A stretch of DNA of 64,000 nt. It comes from Geosiphon pyriformis uo1. Its lineage: Eukaryota > Fungi > Glomeromycota. The stretch covers positions 1,929,538 to 1,993,537 of the forward strand of contig JAAOMT010000128.1 of the NCBI GenBank assembly GCA_016748015.1. The letters are read 5' to 3'. The notes under the pieces are model-generated. The model was not told where the DNA came from. It made no database searches and saw only the letters and a program-made list of their open reading frames with translations. The translations under genes were made by a program, and so were the position numbers. Shown piece by piece: positions 61,980-64,000 of the stretch (the first letter of the stretch is position 1; each line of letters opens with the position of its first letter).

Positions 61980-64000
61980 TTTTTTTTTTTTTTATTAAGC
62001 ATTTAACAAGTGTAGCCCAACCACTACCTAAACTATAACAATATACAAAATCCTATATTAAGTATGATTCATGCACTTTCTATATATGACAGCCACTTGA
62101 GCCAATCAAGGCAACACTAGACATCTAGACCACTAATTACTAAGAAGTTACTTAAAAAACTGAAGTGTGCACTGAGTAGACAAGAATGTAAACCATAACA
62201 TATGTGAATACCTAACCTGATACCAAAATCAAAGATCACACTGGGAGACCACAAGAAAGCCGGACCAGATACCACCAATATTATGAATTCATTATATAAC
62301 AAAAGACCATGTTTCTTATAAAGCACTCTCAATTTGGTAGTTGGCAGCCACATGGTGAATCTATGACCCTCAGCAAAGCTTCAGACTAAACCAATTACTA
62401 GAAACTTATTATTAGAGCCACCATCCAGCAGACAGACCATATTATTTATCCAATTCTTCAAAACAAAGCCCTTGGCTAAGGACATATATAAATAATCCAA
62501 CAACTCAGCCTCTTATAGAAATCAAATCACCATACTATCAGCAGCAAGAACACCAAGCAACTTAATCCAACAATCAATAGTTTTTGAAATCAACTCATTT
62601 TTAGCACCAGCATTATGAATGCAAGAGAACATGTGATTAGAATTCTCAAACAACCCACACTGGATACATAGCATGCTCAGATAATCTGAATCATAAAGCC
62701 TCTTCCTCTTGGCTACAAGAAGGCAATTGTGCATGACTTTCATGAAATAGAATTGAAGACACACAGAAGAGTAGCTGGTAAAGCCTGATTGAAACTGACT
62801 ATTAGGATGTCATACACTAAATATATATTGCATATTAATTTCATTGTGTAGTGTACTTTCTACAGCATAAACCACACATTTGGCTTCCCAACCAACAAAG
62901 CTTACAGCATCAAAAAGACACTTGACAAAATAGTAAGCATTTTCAGAAACAGGTTTTTCTTTAATAAACAAAAACCAGCAGGACATTTCAACAAATAACA
63001 CAATGTCAGAACCAGTGGCAACATTGGCCAATAAATCAATATACTCATTGTTATAAACCCAGAGTGGCCCTTAACTTTGTTCCAAGCTACTAACAAGTTC
63101 TTTAATGCAATGATCTGCTGGATTTATTCCCTTTCAATCCAATATTTATCACAAAAATTGAGACCAGTAAAATTTTTATAAAAAATACAAGCATCCAAAA
63201 ATGCCTAACTGTCTATAAAAAGAGTAACCAAACTGAAAACAAAAATGCACTTTAAAGCAAAGGTGATAGCATATAGTTCAGTCAGGGTTGACGAAAGCAA
63301 ATCATTCATTCCAATTCCCATACCATCATCAATATTAGGAAAATAAGCAGCAGTACCACTGTAAGCACCTATAGAACCCAAATTTTTAACTGAGCCATTA
63401 GTATAAACCACCACACTATCTGAAGTATTCTCAAAAAATATTTACTGATAGAACTTAGATTAATTCAGGAACTATCAAGAGCTGGATCAGAAGCTAAGAC
63501 ACAACCATCAACTAAACCACCATTCCCAATAAATATCATTAACACACTAAACTAACCAGGAACCAGACCTTTCAAATTCAGTCTTTTCCATCTACAAAAA
63601 TTACTTCACATAAAACACATGCTGTAACAGTCCAAAAGCTGGTTTGTAAAAATAATGCCAAACTTCTTTAGCAAATTAACCACACTTATATACTGATCCA
63701 AACCCAAAATGTCAGCAACAGATATGCCACTACCAGTCCAGAAAACATTCAGCAAAACATTGCCCAAGAAGAACTTGCATGACACCAAAATGTTGGTTAT
63801 ACCAGCTAAAAATGAGTTTACAGAATCCAATAACAACACAACCAGAAAACTAATAGGTTGTTGAAACATTCAATTGACTGCCTGCAGATCCATCATCCTG
63901 TGTTTAAAAAATCTGCCAAGAACGTCTTTTGAATTGGCAAACAGTACCAAATTAGCCAAAAAGTTTTTGGCTTGCAATTGCCTAAAAGTCTTGAGGTTAT
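61980..64000 (-). mobile_element. LINE copy 5, 3' part (RNase H, CCHC, 3'UTR, poly(A)); same subfamily as copy 4; continues beyond the window
   Basis: Poly(T) at 61980-61993. Minus-strand ORFs closely match copy 4 (WLPTTKLRVLYKKH vs WLPTAKLKVLYKKH; VVYTNGSVKNLG vs VVYTNDLVKSLG). Confidence 0.95.
62009..62118 (-). other. LINE 3'UTR structured RNA element (copy 5)
   Basis: The minus strand reads agtgttgccttgattggctcaagtggctgtca...ttaggtagtggttgggctacact, with the same stems as copy 4. Confidence 0.7.

Noticed and set aside
1-64000. Prokaryotic or endosymbiont origin; rRNA/tRNA genes; telomeric repeats
   Set aside because: Spliceosomal introns and LINEs show nuclear eukaryotic DNA; no RNA-gene or telomere-repeat signatures were recognised.

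Overview
Intron-rich, AT-rich eukaryotic (fungal) DNA. The LINE families and gene style suggest a Glomeromycotina fungus such as Geosiphon (inference). Left arm (1-10.7 kb): 3' part of VPS8, a 3-exon Arb1-like (Argonaute siRNA chaperone) gene, an intronless six-blade beta-propeller gene, a decayed ORF and a Q/P/R-rich orphan. Centre (about 10.8-48.7 kb): a CpG-depleted transposon island with four full-length, same-orientation, stop-riddled LINEs (ORF1 RRM/CCHC; ORF2 APE-RT-RNase H-CCHC), one ghost LINE, three solo-LTR-like insertions with 4-bp TSDs (one nested in another) and extreme AT deserts, parts of which are demonstrably hypermutated TE relics. Right arm (48.7-64 kb): a cyclin-like gene, a uridine/purine nucleoside phosphorylase, a small secreted protein, a membrane protein and the 3' end of a fifth LINE. 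Two highlights. (1) A 15-exon gene largely missed by the ORF track (53003-56048, minus) with Chp1/TASOR-like architecture (chromodomain-SPOC-PIN-like) whose N-terminus carries a histone H3 K9-K18 mimic, ARKSMGGKVPTK. (2) A conserved four-way-junction RNA structure between the ORF2 stop and the poly(A) of all five LINEs. Splice models and family assignments were made by eye, without searches.
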